The notes under the pieces were generated by a model that saw nothing but the letters and a program-made list of their open reading frames with translations, was not told where the DNA came from and made no database searches. Made by a program: the position numbers and the translations under genes. From Parasitella parasitica NRRL 2501 (taxonomy: Eukaryota; Fungi; Mucoromycota): a stretch of DNA of 64,000 bases. The stretch covers positions 489,552 through 553,551 of the forward strand of contig MU619237.1 in NCBI GenBank assembly GCA_025201805.1. Reading direction: 5' to 3'. Positions 1 to 13,628 of the stretch are shown here, in pieces (position 1 is the stretch's first letter; every line of letters starts with the position of its first letter).

Positions 1-1105
1 CTGCATACATGTATCATTATGCATGCCATTAGGGAACACACACCAGGATTTTTCTGCCCGAGATTCACTCAGTTCATTTAGCTTAACCATGTGAGAGGGT
101 GGCACTAGTTCATCTTTTGCTCCAGCCAGGAATAAAATGGGTGTCTTGACAATACGTTGTATGCTTTTCTCGCTTGGCCATTGTTGGTGACAGAGAAATG
201 TAAAGTGCTTTAGGAATGGCATAACACTTGGAATGAGTTTGGGAAGACTTAAAAATGTGTTTTCAATCATGAGTCCAGAGAAAGAATCTTCGTTCCGAGA
301 GACTAAATCAATTGCCACTGCACCGCCAATAGATTGCCCGTATGCGACAAGAGGTGTGTTTTGCAGAATAGGGTGGTCTCTCACAAAATCAAGCATTGTC
401 TAATGTCGACAGACGTTAATACATGCGTTGCCGAGAAATTCCCAAAGCAAACCTACTTGGGCATCAATCTTCAAGCCCTTTTCATTAGGCGTACCATCAC
501 TTTTGCCATATCCTCTATATGACAGCATTACGACGTTACAGTTGAATCTATCGTACAGAATTTTTGCAATTGGCAAACGATGACCCTAACCATTTGTAAA
601 TATGTTAGCATGGCAATCTTCCCCCTCTTTTTTTTTTTTTTGAAAAACTTTTTTGCACTCCTTACCATGTTTCCAGCATTTGCCTATCAAATCAAGCACC
701 ATGTTATTTAATTTGTCTTTATTTTTCCCTTAAAACAGCTTCTTACATGAAAGTATAGGATGGTTGGCGATTGCTTTGCTTGTCCTGTGCTTGGTTGCAA
801 AATAATGTAGCTTTTGAGGTTAACCCCATCTTTTGTTATTAGCGTCTCTTCGGTGTATTCCATGCCAAAATCAGAGGGCGCTGCTACCTTATAAAATGAA
901 GCATTAGTATGAAGCATATGAGCAAGTAATGATTCTACACATGGCTTACTTCCTGACGTGACCCTTCGGGAAAAGAAGCAGGATATATCAGTTTACACTG
1001 ATACATGTACAAAAGTATAACGCCTGTTATCCCTGTTAAACCAGTAACTGTAATAGCATACGCTAGCCAATTAGGCAAGTGTCCTTTAAGAAAAGATTCA
1101 GGCAT
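1..1105 (-). CDS. bem46: Alpha/beta hydrolase, ABHD13/Bem46 family (spliced; 3' end runs off the window)
   Basis: Joined exons read MPESFLK...LLYMYQCKLIYPASFPEGSR / ILYFH-ANAGNM-GHRLP / SYRGYGKSDGTPNEKGLKIDAQ / YGQSIGGAVA. Nucleophile GxSxG motif and N-terminal TM segment are typical of the family. Confidence 0.88.
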
Positions 1106-1274
1106 GCTTCTATGAGTGAAAAAATCAAAACCAAAAAAAAAACGTAAGAGAGAGAAACAAAGAAATAATGAATGAATGCAAAAGAACGAAAAAAAAGATA
1201 GAGGGGTGGTGATACAAGAGAAGAAGGAGCACAAAAGTGGTATAGAAAGCTTTTTTATTCGAATGCAGCTGCCA

Positions 1275-2112
1275 TTATTTGAGAATGCTTACAGTGAGCT
1301 CGCTGCCATTATTATCATCAGAATTCAAATCACTGCTCGTTAATCCCTCTAATTTTTGGTAGACTAGTTGCAGAATAGCTTGTTCATCTGCTTCTGGTCG
1401 AATCCGGATTTCTAGTGTTCCGACGCATTTGCCATAGGTTGTTTGCCAGAAATGGACACGATCAACATACAAGATATTAGGGTCCTGCTGGATTTCTCGA
1501 AGTCGGTTTTCAACGCCGTTCTGTACTGTGTTTGGTGTTGTCTGTAGCAATACTTTCGCCAAGGCTTTTGCTGTCGGAAATCCCAGATAAAACATGACAG
1601 CTGATTCAGACATGGCTAGAAATTTGTCAACAAAAGGAGTTGCTATACCAAACATGTATGTCAATAAGATAACTGCTCCGCAGAGGACAATTAGGGAGGA
1701 ATAAATATTTGATAATAATGCATGGACCGGATTTCCTCTAGCTCTGTTTATCACATTGTACGAGAATCCATGCACTGTTGTAGGTCTTCTCCTCAGGTAC
1801 CGCACGAAATTGTCATGATTTCTTAAAGTGATGCTCGACAAACAGGTTGCCGTGATTGCGGTGCCAACTAAAAAGAACATGCCCAAACTAAATTTTAGAT
1901 GGTGCCTTTTTTCGAAAAGATATTTTAGCTTGAGATTCAATTTGTGGATTAATAGCTACTCACTCTTCTTGGTCACGAACTTCTACGCCATGGTGGTCCT
2001 GCAACAAGAAATGCTCCAAGGATTCTTTGGTATTGTGCATTGTTGCAAACATGAGATAAATTGTCGTTCCTAACGCAAATACAATTTCATAGCGGCGTGC
2101 ACTACTTGCTGT

Positions 2113-2144
<32 letters not shown>

Positions 2145-2947
2145 CCAAAGTCGAATTTTTTATGTATGAATTACCCATATGGTCGTTTTGTATTTGAGAT
2201 TCCAAATGCAGTATTCGTTCTGAGTATGCTCGATACAAATGAATTCAATACACCCAACGCATCAAATATCATCAGATAAGCAAACCCAATTAACGCTAAA
2301 ACACACAAATGAGTTCATCGAGAATTTAAATTAATCAATTATCTACATACATAAGCTCTCTTTGTTAGTGCCCATACAGTACAGCCCTATGCCTATGCTA
2401 CAATGAAGAATAAACCATGTAAATATTGTCTTTTGTGCTGGTTGGAGATGGGAAAAAATTTGTGGCCAAGAAGGCAAAGGATTAGTGTAAACAGCAGGGA
2501 ATGAGTGAGCGTGCTCATGAGAATGCCCATGATGATCGTGTCCGTGGTGGCTATGGCCATGGCTATGTTTGTGGCTATGGCTATGGTCATGGTGATCGTG
2601 ATTCGCACAGTCTGACTGCTCGTTGCTATGGAAATGTTGCGATTGCTGTAAACCATGGAAGTGATCGTGCTTTTCATTATTATAATCATGGGAGTGAGTG
2701 TGAGCGTGATCGTGATCGTGGATAGGTAAAGTTATAGGGTTTTGTGCATTGATCTTTTTTATAATTATAAGGTAAATAGGCGATATCATGATTGAAATTT
2801 CTGATTCGCATTTACCTCTTTCTCTGTATTATCATGGTTATGTACGTGTTCTGTGTTGGGCGCAGCGTTGCTATGGTTCCTCTGAACATACAGCGGTGCA
2901 GATGACTGGATAGCAATGCCAGCCTTCTTTGGCGTAGAGTCCATCAT
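1275..2947 (-). CDS. Cation diffusion facilitator zinc transporter, Zrg17-like, with a His-rich N-terminal region (spliced)
   Basis: His-rich exon 2343-2789, several TM segments (RRYEIVFALGTTIYLMF...KESLEHFLL), and the CDF C-terminal cytosolic domain LLQTTP...VHFWQTTYGKCVGTLEIRI. Confidence 0.8.
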
Positions 2948-3108
2948 AGATGTAAGCAGTAAGCTTGGCAAAGAGGGCAAGATGTTTACAATCGACTGTG
3001 TTAATTATTTTAACTGACCGATATTATTGAATGACGTACAGTTCAATGATGCCACTAGATTTCACAAAACAAAAGAGAGCTGTTGTATTAATTGGGAGGG
3101 AAATTTAA

Positions 3109-3111
<3 letters not shown>

Positions 3112-3185
<74 letters not shown>
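3112..3185. promoter_or_regulatory. ~74-nt poly(dA:dT) tract in the short divergent promoter between the CDF gene and DIP2
   Basis: Almost uninterrupted T run (one CC) between ATGs at 2947 (-) and 3281 (+). Regulatory role is inferred. Confidence 0.5.
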
Positions 3186-3190
<5 letters not shown>

Positions 3191-3280
3191 TTTGAGGATA
3201 CCTTAATACTTTTTGTAGCAGAGAAAAGAACGTTTGAGCAACGAAAAGAAAAAGAGAAATTGCCATCTTTATTTGTTGCC

Positions 3281-6200
3281 ATGTCAAAGTTTTCGTACGA
3301 CGATCTTCCTTGGGATATAGCAGACCAGTTGCAATGTCTCGATTTCGAATTACAAGAAGGCGATATCACACAGAAAGGCTATGAAAAGAAGAGGAATCAA
3401 TTGCTGGAGCCCTATCAAGATTTAATCGCTGAAAGGACCGGCGTAAACCCACGCACTAGCCCTAAGGACCAAGATAACAGTGTTACATCCGACATGGCTC
3501 TCGTCGACCTAGGCCCTGAGCCTAGTGCTGCTGATGTGGTAGACTTTCTCGATTTCTTGCCTTCTCCATCACATTCTCCAGCAGAGACAAAAGGTGCTAG
3601 TTTGATGGAAGAGAATCATCAACAACAACAGCAGCAACAACAGCAACAACAGCAGCAGCAGCAACAGCAGCAACAGCAGCAACAGCAGCAACAGCAGCAG
3701 CAACAGCAACAGCATCAGCAACAGCAACAGCATCAAAACCATGTCCTAACAGCGCAACAACCACAGTCTGTAAATATTTATAGTGATCGTCGTCCACCTC
3801 TTCCTTCTCGACAACAGCAGCAATCTCGGCCTTTCATGCCTGATAATAGCTTTTATAGACCTCCCCAAACCTATAATGTTCGTCCAACGTTCGATCCTCG
3901 TATGGGACACCCTCCTCCTCCTCGGCCCATGTATGGCAATCAATATCCAGGTAGACCTCAAATGAACGGATTTAGACCTCCACCTCCACCTCCACCCAAC
4001 TCTCAAATCAATCCAATGTATCGACCTCAACCAGCCCCACCTCCACAGTCCATGTATAATTATCGACCACCTCTCCCAAATTCAATGAATGGACCGCCTA
4101 CACCCACTCATATCGTACCCCCCTTTTCTCAACAACATAATAGGTCGCCCTCAATGGATTCCAAACACGACATGCTCTACAAAAACAATGCTCAAAGTAT
4201 ACGTCAAATGGACATAGTTGCTGAACCAGATAGCCTGCCATCGGCTGTAGATTGGGGTATGTGTATTTTTTTGTATAGGAGTCTATCAGAGACTAACAGT
4301 ATATCTTAGAAACATCATCGTCTGCTTCATGGAGACCTAGCCTTGGAAGAGAATCCTCAATTATGTCAGCACCCAACCAAATGCGCCAATCCATGTCCAC
4401 CAACAGTTTGGTATCCATGGCTGATTTGTACGGACCAGCATCTATCGGACGTGCTCGCTCCAATGCTAGCAGCGGAAGAAGTCGATACAGGGATAGCTAT
4501 ATGGCCACAACATTCAAGGCGATTGAGCCTGCCCCACAGCCCAAGTTGAAATTAAATGATCCTTCAGATCAAATGTATTTGCAAGACGTAGCAGGTCGTC
4601 AAATGACGCCATTAAAGGGCCGCCCTATCCCATTCAAACTCTACGATGCAGACAACAAGACTGTACTGACAGAGTTTCAGAACCTGGCTCAGGTTCTCCG
4701 GTTTAGATCGTCCAAAAGTGGAGATAGATTAAAGGATGCATTTTCCCTTGTAGACGCCCGTGGAAAGGAGCCGACAACGCTGTCTTGGGAGAAGTTGAAT
4801 GCTCGTGCTGAAAAGATTGCAAGAACTATAAAGGCGAAAGGGAATGTAAAACCTGGAGATCGAATCGCTTTGATCTACAGAAAGTCAGACGTACTCGAGT
4901 TTATTCCGGCGTTGTTTGGTTGCTTCCTGGCGGGAGTAACTGCAGTGCCCATCAATGCAGCCGAGGATCTGTCCGAATTGTCTTTTATTATAACACTGAC
5001 AAATATCAATTTAATCTTGACGACTGAACACAATCAAAAGGCTTTCACCAAAGACATGCAAGCAAAATCGATCGAGTTTCCTCCCAGCATCACTTGGTGG
5101 AAGACAAACGATATGGGTACTTGGTATCCTTCCAAAAAGGCGTCTGATTATCCGCCCATCAAAGTCCCTGAGATGGCGTACATCGAATATGCCAAGGCAA
5201 GCAACGGCGAATTGAAAGGTGTCGCAGTCTCCCATGCTTCTATTATGGAACAATGCGCTGCATTTCAGGCTGCTACAACGGAAACTATTGTTGAGGAAAG
5301 TGAAGCAATCCAAGTGAAGCCCAAGCAAAACGCTCGCAATCCAGAAACAGTAGTCAGTTACTTTGAGCCAAGACAACAGATCGGATTGATTCTCTCTGTG
5401 TTGCACTCTGTATATGCTGGCAATATGATGGTTTTTGCTAGTGGCTCTATCGTAGAGTCTCCAGCTGTGTGGATTTACGTCTTGTCAAAATACAAAGGTA
5501 GGTTTCAATCTTAATTATTCACGCTCATCCTTTTGGCTAAAAAACCAGATCAACATAAATAGCTACCATGGCATTGGCTGACTATCCTGCTCTAAAGTCG
5601 ATTACAAAATTTTATCAGGCACACGTCAAAGAAGTTACATCACACAGCAAAAAAGTAACACCAGACCTTTCATCACTTCGTTACCTTATGGTTGATACCA
5701 CTACTGTGCGTCCCGAGTTGAATCAATACATTGCAGAGAAACTATTGCGTCCCTTAGGAAACACAGACAGTCCCCTGGAAGTGGTTTGCCCCATACTATC
5801 TCTGCCTGAGCACGGCGGCAAGATTCTTAGTATGAGGGATAATTTAGGACCCATTTACACCGAGGAACATCTGGAGGCCGAGGAAATCATCACAGCAGAT
5901 GGCCGCCAAATTACCAGGCCAATCATCAAAACTCAATCTGTATTAGCACCGGGCAGCTCACGCGATGTGTTTGCTTGCTTATTTGACGCACAGGCTTTAA
6001 AGTCAAACAAGGTAATGGTAATGGCTGCAGGCACCGATGCTAAAAGGGCAGAAAACGCAAACGAGCCTGGAAGAATCTGTGTCGAATCTTTCGGGTTCTG
6101 TATGCCAAACGCCTCTGTTGCTATTGTTGATCCAGACACTGGTATTTTTTGCGCTGCTGATACCGTAGGTGAGATTTGGGTAGACTCCCCTTCTGTTGGT

Positions 6201-9174
6201 GGTGGTTTTTGGGCATTACCCAAGCACACAGAGTCCATCTTTCATGCACGCCCGCTTATCGTTCCTTCTGAGTCTGCGTATCCTGAGGTTTATGGTCAAT
6301 CGTTCCTAAGAACCGGTTTGTGTGGAACTATCATTGGAGGCCGATTATTTGTGTTGGGTCCGTACGAAGAGCGCATCAGGCAACAACGTCTTGGAGCTGA
6401 TTTTGGTCTTGAGGATATATACTACTCTAGCGAACTCATGAATACTATCACAAAACGGGCTCGTATTGAGCACTGGTAAGTTTGAGCCCTGTATCATTTT
6501 TGTTCGCTATGTATTCACATTTATCACAGCGTCATATTTGAGGTTTCAGTAAAAGATCAACATCTGCCAGTCATTGTTTGCGAATCCAATGCCCAGAGAT
6601 CAGATATTGCTCGAGTGGCTACTGAAATAGACGAAGCACTAATCGAATTTCATGGGCTCCGGGCCTTTGCAATCGTGTTTGTCAAAGAGACTGGGTTGCC
6701 AAGACAACCTGTACATGGAAGACGTGCTATTCACCCGCTTTTAACAAAAAAGTACTTTCTTCAAGGACAACTTACAGTTCGATATATCAAAATTGACGTG
6801 GATCGTACCATCTTTAATTTAGCCGAAAATGAAGATCCTTCAAAGGACTTGTGGCTCTCAGGCATGGCTTATGAAAAAGCCATTCGTACTGGCGCCATCA
6901 TTTCTCACCCTCAACACCAGCACACGGGCATGGATAAGGCACAAACTGTTGTCGACGAAAGAACCGATTACGATGTATCTAGATTTACCAATATTGTAGA
7001 TATCCTACAATGGCGCACAGCAATGTATCCCGAGGAAGTTTGTTATATCGTGTCAACGCAAAACGGGTCTACCATCAGCACCAAGCCATACACATGGAGA
7101 AAACTCAGCTACAAATCTGCCACCGTTGCGACTCATTTGACCAAAAAAGGTTTGAAACGAGGCTCCAAGGTGCTAGTCATGATGCCATTTGGCATTGATT
7201 ATGTTTTCTGCATTTACGCTTGTCTTGTTATGGGAATCACCCCTGTCCCCATTGAGCCTGTGGATCCTCAGCAACAACCACAGCGTATTGCAGAATTTGC
7301 CATGCAAATGGTGGATGTGGCCAGGGAGCTTGGGGTAGCGGCTATTCTTGTCAATGCTGGTGGCGATGATGTGATGAAACACAATGCCATCAAGGCTGCC
7401 ATAAAGACACATACTCTCAAGGGATTTAAGCTGCCTGACACAATCAACATTTCCAAGGCGTCAAAACACCATAAGATGCTTGGTAAAGAAAGCGGATTCA
7501 CGGTTCGTCCCGACTGGATCAACACAAACAGACATTCTCCTACTGTTGTTCTGATTCAAAATACATCGGATGGACGTCGTTGCTATGTTCATCTCAGCCA
7601 CACCACCATCTTGAATCAGTGTAGAACCCAAAAGATGACTTGTCAAATGCGCTTCCAGCGCGGCATTGTTACGACAGGTCTTGGCACCTATGAGGGGCTA
7701 GGCTTCTTGCACGCTTTATTTTGCGGCGTCTATGTTGGTTGTAGTACGGTACTGATCCCTTCAGCTGATTTTTACATGAACCCAGCCTGTTTCTTTGAGT
7801 CCTTGCAACGGTACAAAACCAAGGATGCATTTTTGACTAACGCTCTTGTGCAATTTGCAATGAATCGTATGAACAACAATGAGTGCAAGCATATTACTTT
7901 GAAGGGCGTGCAGAATCTCATGTTGGCCAACGACGGAAGACCCAAGCCGTTGCTATACCAGCATATAGCTAGGTATTTTGCCAAACAAAAACTGGACAAG
8001 GAATCTATCAATACTGTGTATAGTCATGCCGCCAATCCCATGATCACGACAAGATCGTACATGCTCATGAAGCCAATTGCAATCTCCATCGATCCTTACT
8101 GGCTTCGTCAAGGCATCATTCGTACACTAAGCCCAGAAGAAGAGCACTATGGCATCCTGCTCAACGATTCAGGCATTGTTCCTAGCAATACAATGGTTGC
8201 CATTGTCAATCCAGAGACATTAACCATTTGTCCGAGCAATGTAGTAGGTGAGATTTGGGTGTCTTCAGACAGTAACGCTACCACCATGTTCAATCTGGAT
8301 GATGCAGCTCATCAACAACGGTTTGAGGCTACTATTGCTGGCAATGATCCCAACATCAAGTACATGCGCACTGGTGATCTCGGTTTCTTGTGGAATGTAA
8401 GACGTCGTGTAGAGAATAGAATGATGCAGCCCATGATGCTTGAAGAAGGCCAATGTCTATATGTTCTGGGCCCCGCTAATGAAACTATAGTAAGAAACGG
8501 ACTGATATACTTCCCAGTTGATGTTGAGCTATCCATTGAGCGTTGTCATCCAACAATCGCATCTGGTGGAAGGTAAATACGCATAAATTGTAGGATTTTG
8601 TGTCAGGTATTCATCATTATTCCTTTTATACAGTATTGTATTCCAACACAATGAGGAAGTGGTTGCAGTGGTATCTGTCAAAGCGAATGAACATGCATTG
8701 GCCGTTGTTCCACTGGTTGTAAATGCCGTCTTGGATAATCATTCGTTCTTGGTAGACACTGTCATCATTGTTCATCCCAGCAACTTTCCTAGATCGAGAT
8801 TTGGCGATAAATCAAGACGAAAAGCATTGAATGCTTTCATTGATAAAAAACTGCAAGTATCTCTCATTTTATTATGGCTAATTTAGTAGACTAAACTATA
8901 TTGAACCAATAGAACTGCTATTTACGTGAAGCGTATCACCAACCAACATCAGAGCATTCTGTTACCGCAATGGACCCAATCCCAACTCTCTGCCAGTGAT
9001 TTACACTCTGCGGATAATGCTTCTGTAATAACAAGCCCTCGGGCACAGTCTGTATCTGATTTGAATTCTGATTTCGATAGACAGTCGATCCCACAGCAGT
9101 TGGTTCGACAAGACACATCAAGCAGCCGATTAACTCACTCAAATACTGGCTCTGCAATTCATACACCTATTTAA
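3281..9174 (+). CDS. DIP2: DIP2 (disco-interacting protein 2 / Cmr2 / CPS1) homolog: DMAP1-binding domain, polyQ/Pro-rich linker, two adenylate-forming (FAAL-like) domains (spliced)
   Basis: N-terminal LDFELQEGDITQKGYEKKR is the DMAP1-binding motif. Two AMP-binding modules carry VGEIWVDSPS...FLRTGL and VGEIWVSS...YMRTGDLGFL. Confidence 0.93.
3620..3736 (+). repeat. CAG/CAA trinucleotide repeat encoding Q31-H-Q5-H-Q in DIP2
   Basis: Read directly; 31 consecutive Gln codons at 3620-3712. Confidence 0.95.
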
Positions 9175-11078
9175 ACACATCTTTCCTCACCCTCCTTTAG
9201 TCGTAACCCCCCCCCCCCAACATTGACTACTTACAATGATCCCTTTCTATATGTAACCTACGTACAACATCTCTTTTCTTTCATTTCTCATTTGTGCATA
9301 GATTATCAATTGTATATATACATATATAAAACACCTTTAGAATTTTTTTTTTAAATTTCAGTGTTTTGCATTTGAAAGCAATAATCATTGGAAAAGTATA
9401 ACCAAACACACATTACGAAAGCGATACAAACTGAAATAATCTTTGTGAGCGACGGATTTATTTCCATACTTTCTCTCTAGCCTTTGAACAGCACTTTTTA
9501 ATGAGATTTGTCAACGAAGCATAATGGCAAGTTTGAAGGACTCAACAAACTATTTTACTCTTGTATATAGTAGCTTAAGAAGTCTATTTTGCAATTTTGC
9601 ACCCATAATCACTGCTTTTTGCTGATTACTTTGGATATTGTACGGACGAATAGTGGCAATGCATGCGAGTACAGCAAACTATTTTCTTGGCCTCTTGTTC
9701 TCTTTAATGTGGCAAGTTATAGGACATATTTAGATGTTTTGTACAAAAAGCAGACTGAATCCATTCGATCGCAATGACAACAGCCCCCCCTCCCGAACTT
9801 TATAGCAGAAATTTAACTTGCACTTGAAAAATAAAGTATTGTATCGTGATAATTAGCTTTCGAGCCTTGGCTAAGAACAACAGCAAAACCAATAATTGCA
9901 GATTTGGTTGAAGAAAACAAACACACAATTACTACCTATTATATGAAAGATGAAAACCTCGACAATGAATCGTAGTATATAAAATAAACCGTAAAACGCC
10001 CTTCAATGCTGTGGATGTCAATTGGGGTGCAATCGCTCTACTGATTTTTACCAGCAAGTAGAAAGGGTGTGCCAAATGCCTAGAAAAATATGAATCAACT
10101 GTTCTCATTGCTCTAGCTACAAGTCTCAATAGATAACAATGAAAGTATTATTACATCAAGTAGCAATCCATCTACTAGTAGTGTTCTCTCGGGTTCTAGT
10201 GCCAGTATGAACAGTAAATTGAAAACTGGTATACATATTTCAAGTACTCACAGCGTGATAATCATGCTCATTCTTTCATAATTGCTCCTGACATCCCTTT
10301 ACAGAAATCAAGATTCACCGCCGATGAGTTAGATACGGTAATAGGTAAAGAAATAAGACTTATAAGAATAGGACTGTAGTTTTGGACCGTCCACAGGTAA
10401 AATTTTTCTTGATGAGTTATTTAAACCAACCTCTTTAGTAGGCTTTCTTTCTTATTTTCTTTGTTGGTCTTTGTTATTACAAAGTGGTCGTCATGGTAAG
10501 TCTAGAATAAAAGGATTTGGAAAGGAGAAGGATTATCAAATGATGGTTTAGCAAAATATTTTTGTTGAATTTCTTCAAATGAACTACTAAACATGATTCG
10601 AATGACACTCTGACAATAATCCTCCTCTACTTCGATTTCTTTTTTTTTTTTATATGTTTATAGCTGTTTTCTGTTGTAACATGTTTACTAATTTTATCTA
10701 TTACAGGTGAATGGCTTTCCTTTGTGATACTGTTTTCAATCTTTTAAATAAATAACCAAAATTTTTGTAAATTAATCTATGTTTGTTTTGTTTTGATATG
10801 TGCCTTTGATATTATATCAAAACTTTTTCTTCCATCAAACATACTAGCTTGTCCCTGGAAACATTCGAGCTAAAATTTGCCGAACTCTTGGCACTGAATA
10901 CAACAACTTCCTGAGCCAAAGTTGGAAGATTTTACCCGGAAAATGGAGCTTTTGTTATAACATGTATGTTTTGCGGTATCCTTGATTTCTCGAATTGAAA
11001 GAACACTCGCGGAGAAATTTATTTGCCTTTCTTCTATTGCTATTCTTTTTTTTTTTTTTTTTTTTCATCATCTTTGCA

Positions 11079-12693
11079 ATGTCAGAATGCAAAGCTAAAA
11101 ATAAAGTGATTTTGCCATTACCGTTTCTGTTGGATCCCTCGCCTGCTACAGCTCCAACAACTGAGTCGCTCCGGCTTAAAGACATATCTGCAGAACGAAA
11201 AAGTTCTGATCTCTCAAAAGCTCAAGCAGTAGATCAGCCGCAGATGGGAATACCTGCCTCTCAGAAACAACCACAGCAACCTCAGCAGCAAATTGAATCA
11301 AAAAGTAATAAGCTCATTGCCAAGCAAAGGAAACGTCAATTAAATATTAGAAACTACAGAAAGTATAGCGGAAAGACGATTTTCTTTTGCGGAGGAAGAT
11401 TCTTGACGAGCAGAGCACTCTGGGCATTCTGTTTATCCATGTTTCTGTTTGTCATGCCTTCTGTGCTTTTCTTGATATTCACGTATGTTGGTGGTTATGT
11501 TTATACGTAGAGGAGACGTAGCCATGCTAATGATTTCTTGTTAGATGCCCTTGGCTGTGGCATCATATTTCACCTGCTGTGCCTATTATATTTGCGTACA
11601 TCTTTTGTATTGCATTTGTATCCATGTTGAAAACATCATGGACCGATCCTGGTGTAAGTGTTGTGTGGTAGCTTATGAAATCATTGTGCGATGTCGCTAA
11701 TTTTTTTCATATTATGCCATGTATAATGTATAGATTTTACCTCGTAATTTAGACTTACGAAGCATAGATGCGCACAAGAAGTCGGACAGATTTGGTCATA
11801 GATACTCCTCCATGTCTGATACTAGTTTTCCACCTCCCAAGGAAGTTTTGATCAAAGGTGTCCCCGTTCGATTAAAGTATTGTGAAACATGTTGCATCTA
11901 CCGACCACCTCGAGCGAGTCATTGTAAACAATGTGATAACTGTGTAGGCAGGTATAGCAAAAGCATACTATACATCTCGACAATGACATTAACTTCTAAC
12001 GCTCCAAGACAGAAAATGAAGACCACCATTGCATTTGGCTCAATAATTGCGTTGGAAAGCGCAACTACGCAACATTTTTTACATTTATTGTAAGCTGTGT
12101 GATATTGTGCTGCTATGTAATCTCGTTTTCGTTAGCCCATGTACTTTTAGTATACACAGTAGGAGAAGAATCGTTCAAGGATTCATTATTGCATACACCA
12201 ATCAGCTTTTTCATTGCCATATTCTGCTTTCTTTTGCTATTTCCAATTAGTTGTTTGATGGGATATCATTGTTTTTTGGTGATGAGAGGTGTAACGACGC
12301 ATGAACAGGTATTTTTTCCATTTTATTTATAGCTTTCAGGGAGTCGCTGAAACTTTTGTGTATATCTGTTTAGTTGCGATCAAACCTGGCTTCAATGCCA
12401 TTTGAAGAGCATCCGTACACTTTTGGCAACCCATTCAAAAATATGTATCATATTTTATGTAGACCTCGCAATAAAAGGTACGATTTCAGCCGCCAAAAAT
12501 TACATACATGTCCTCACATGCTGCTGCTTCTAGTTATATCGCAAGGCGTAAATTCGCAGAGGAAATCTACGACACCGAGCCTGGTAATGTGACAAATTCG
12601 ACGTTATTAGCAACAACTATCGCAAATGAACTCGGTCAAACTTCTTCCTTGAATATAGATATCCCTCTCCAAAATACTAGACAGTGTAAATAA
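11079..12693 (+). CDS. ERF2: DHHC palmitoyltransferase, ERF2/ZDHHC9-like (spliced)
   Basis: FFCGGRF N-terminal motif, [48 protein letters not shown] and TTHEQ. Confidence 0.92.
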
Positions 12694-12800
12694 GCATTAT
12701 AACCCGAAAATACAAAGAAGCTGTACATAAATAAATTTTTCACTTTCTTTTGGTTTGAATTGATTCTCCCTTCTTTTTTGATGATAACAAAACACACACG

Positions 12801-13628
12801 ATGCCTCCACGATATCAACCTGCACAAACAACAAACCAAAGGCCTTTACATAATGAGATATTGACTCTTCAGAAACTATTGGGAACTGTAATTATATAGA
12901 CAGTGGGTTGAAGAATCGGGTCTCTCTTTTTTCTTAAAACTGTTTATTCGTGACATAGGATATTCTAGAACAGGCAGCAAGGATACTCGATCATTTTGCG
13001 GCTACCAAAGAAAAGTAATTTGGCCACAATTTGCAGCACTTTTGTGTATATTCATTTAATGTATGTTGGATAGTAAATTCGAAGCTGCAGCCTTCCAGAC
13101 ACCCCCACATTTGAACGACAAACTGATTGAAAAGTGCGAGGATTTCGAGACTGTGTGCGATCAAATATACTTTATCCTGGTAAAACTCTCTCTCTCTCTA
13201 TTATGTTAGCTTTAAACCGGCATTAAGCAAGACTCAACCCTCTCTAGGAACAATCAAAGCGTGTCTTGCAGCTGGAATATCAGCAAAAGGTGATACAAAC
13301 CAAAGCTGAAAACTTGGAAAAAGAGAAGCAGCAGCAGGAGAAGGCCGACCAAGCTCCTCAAATGGATGCAATGAATGTGGATACAGACATGAGTTTCGAA
13401 TCATCTCAAATGGACGCTTCTTTAACTCTGGACATGATGGAGACAGATCAACAACAAAGCACAAAGGAAATAGCTGAAAATGCCATCGACGAAGAAGACA
13501 TGGAGGAACTTTTGCAGATCCAAAGGGATCGCTTAGATAGGTTAAAAAACGTCATCGTGTTGGGAATGGATGCAGAGGCTGTTAAAGCAAATGGAAGAGA
13601 TGGCGATAAGGAGGATTTATTGTTCTAA
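12801..13628 (+). CDS. Probable Mediator tail subunit Med29/Med2-like (4 exons)
   Basis: Hand-spliced protein MPPRYQPAQ...LQKLLGT / DILEQAARILDHF... / KLIEKCEDFETVCDQIYFIL / EQSKRVLQLEYQQ.... The helix resembles MED29 FDKCLEEFYALCDQLEL (recalled, not searched). All introns are GT-AG. Confidence 0.55.

Noticed and set aside
9500-10900. Long intergenic stretches with short ORFs (also 19100-20900 and 58600-60100)
   Set aside because: No recognisable protein motif, splice pattern, repeat or RNA structure. The 15-nt AACATGGAACATGAT duplication at ~58910/59260 is too little to call.
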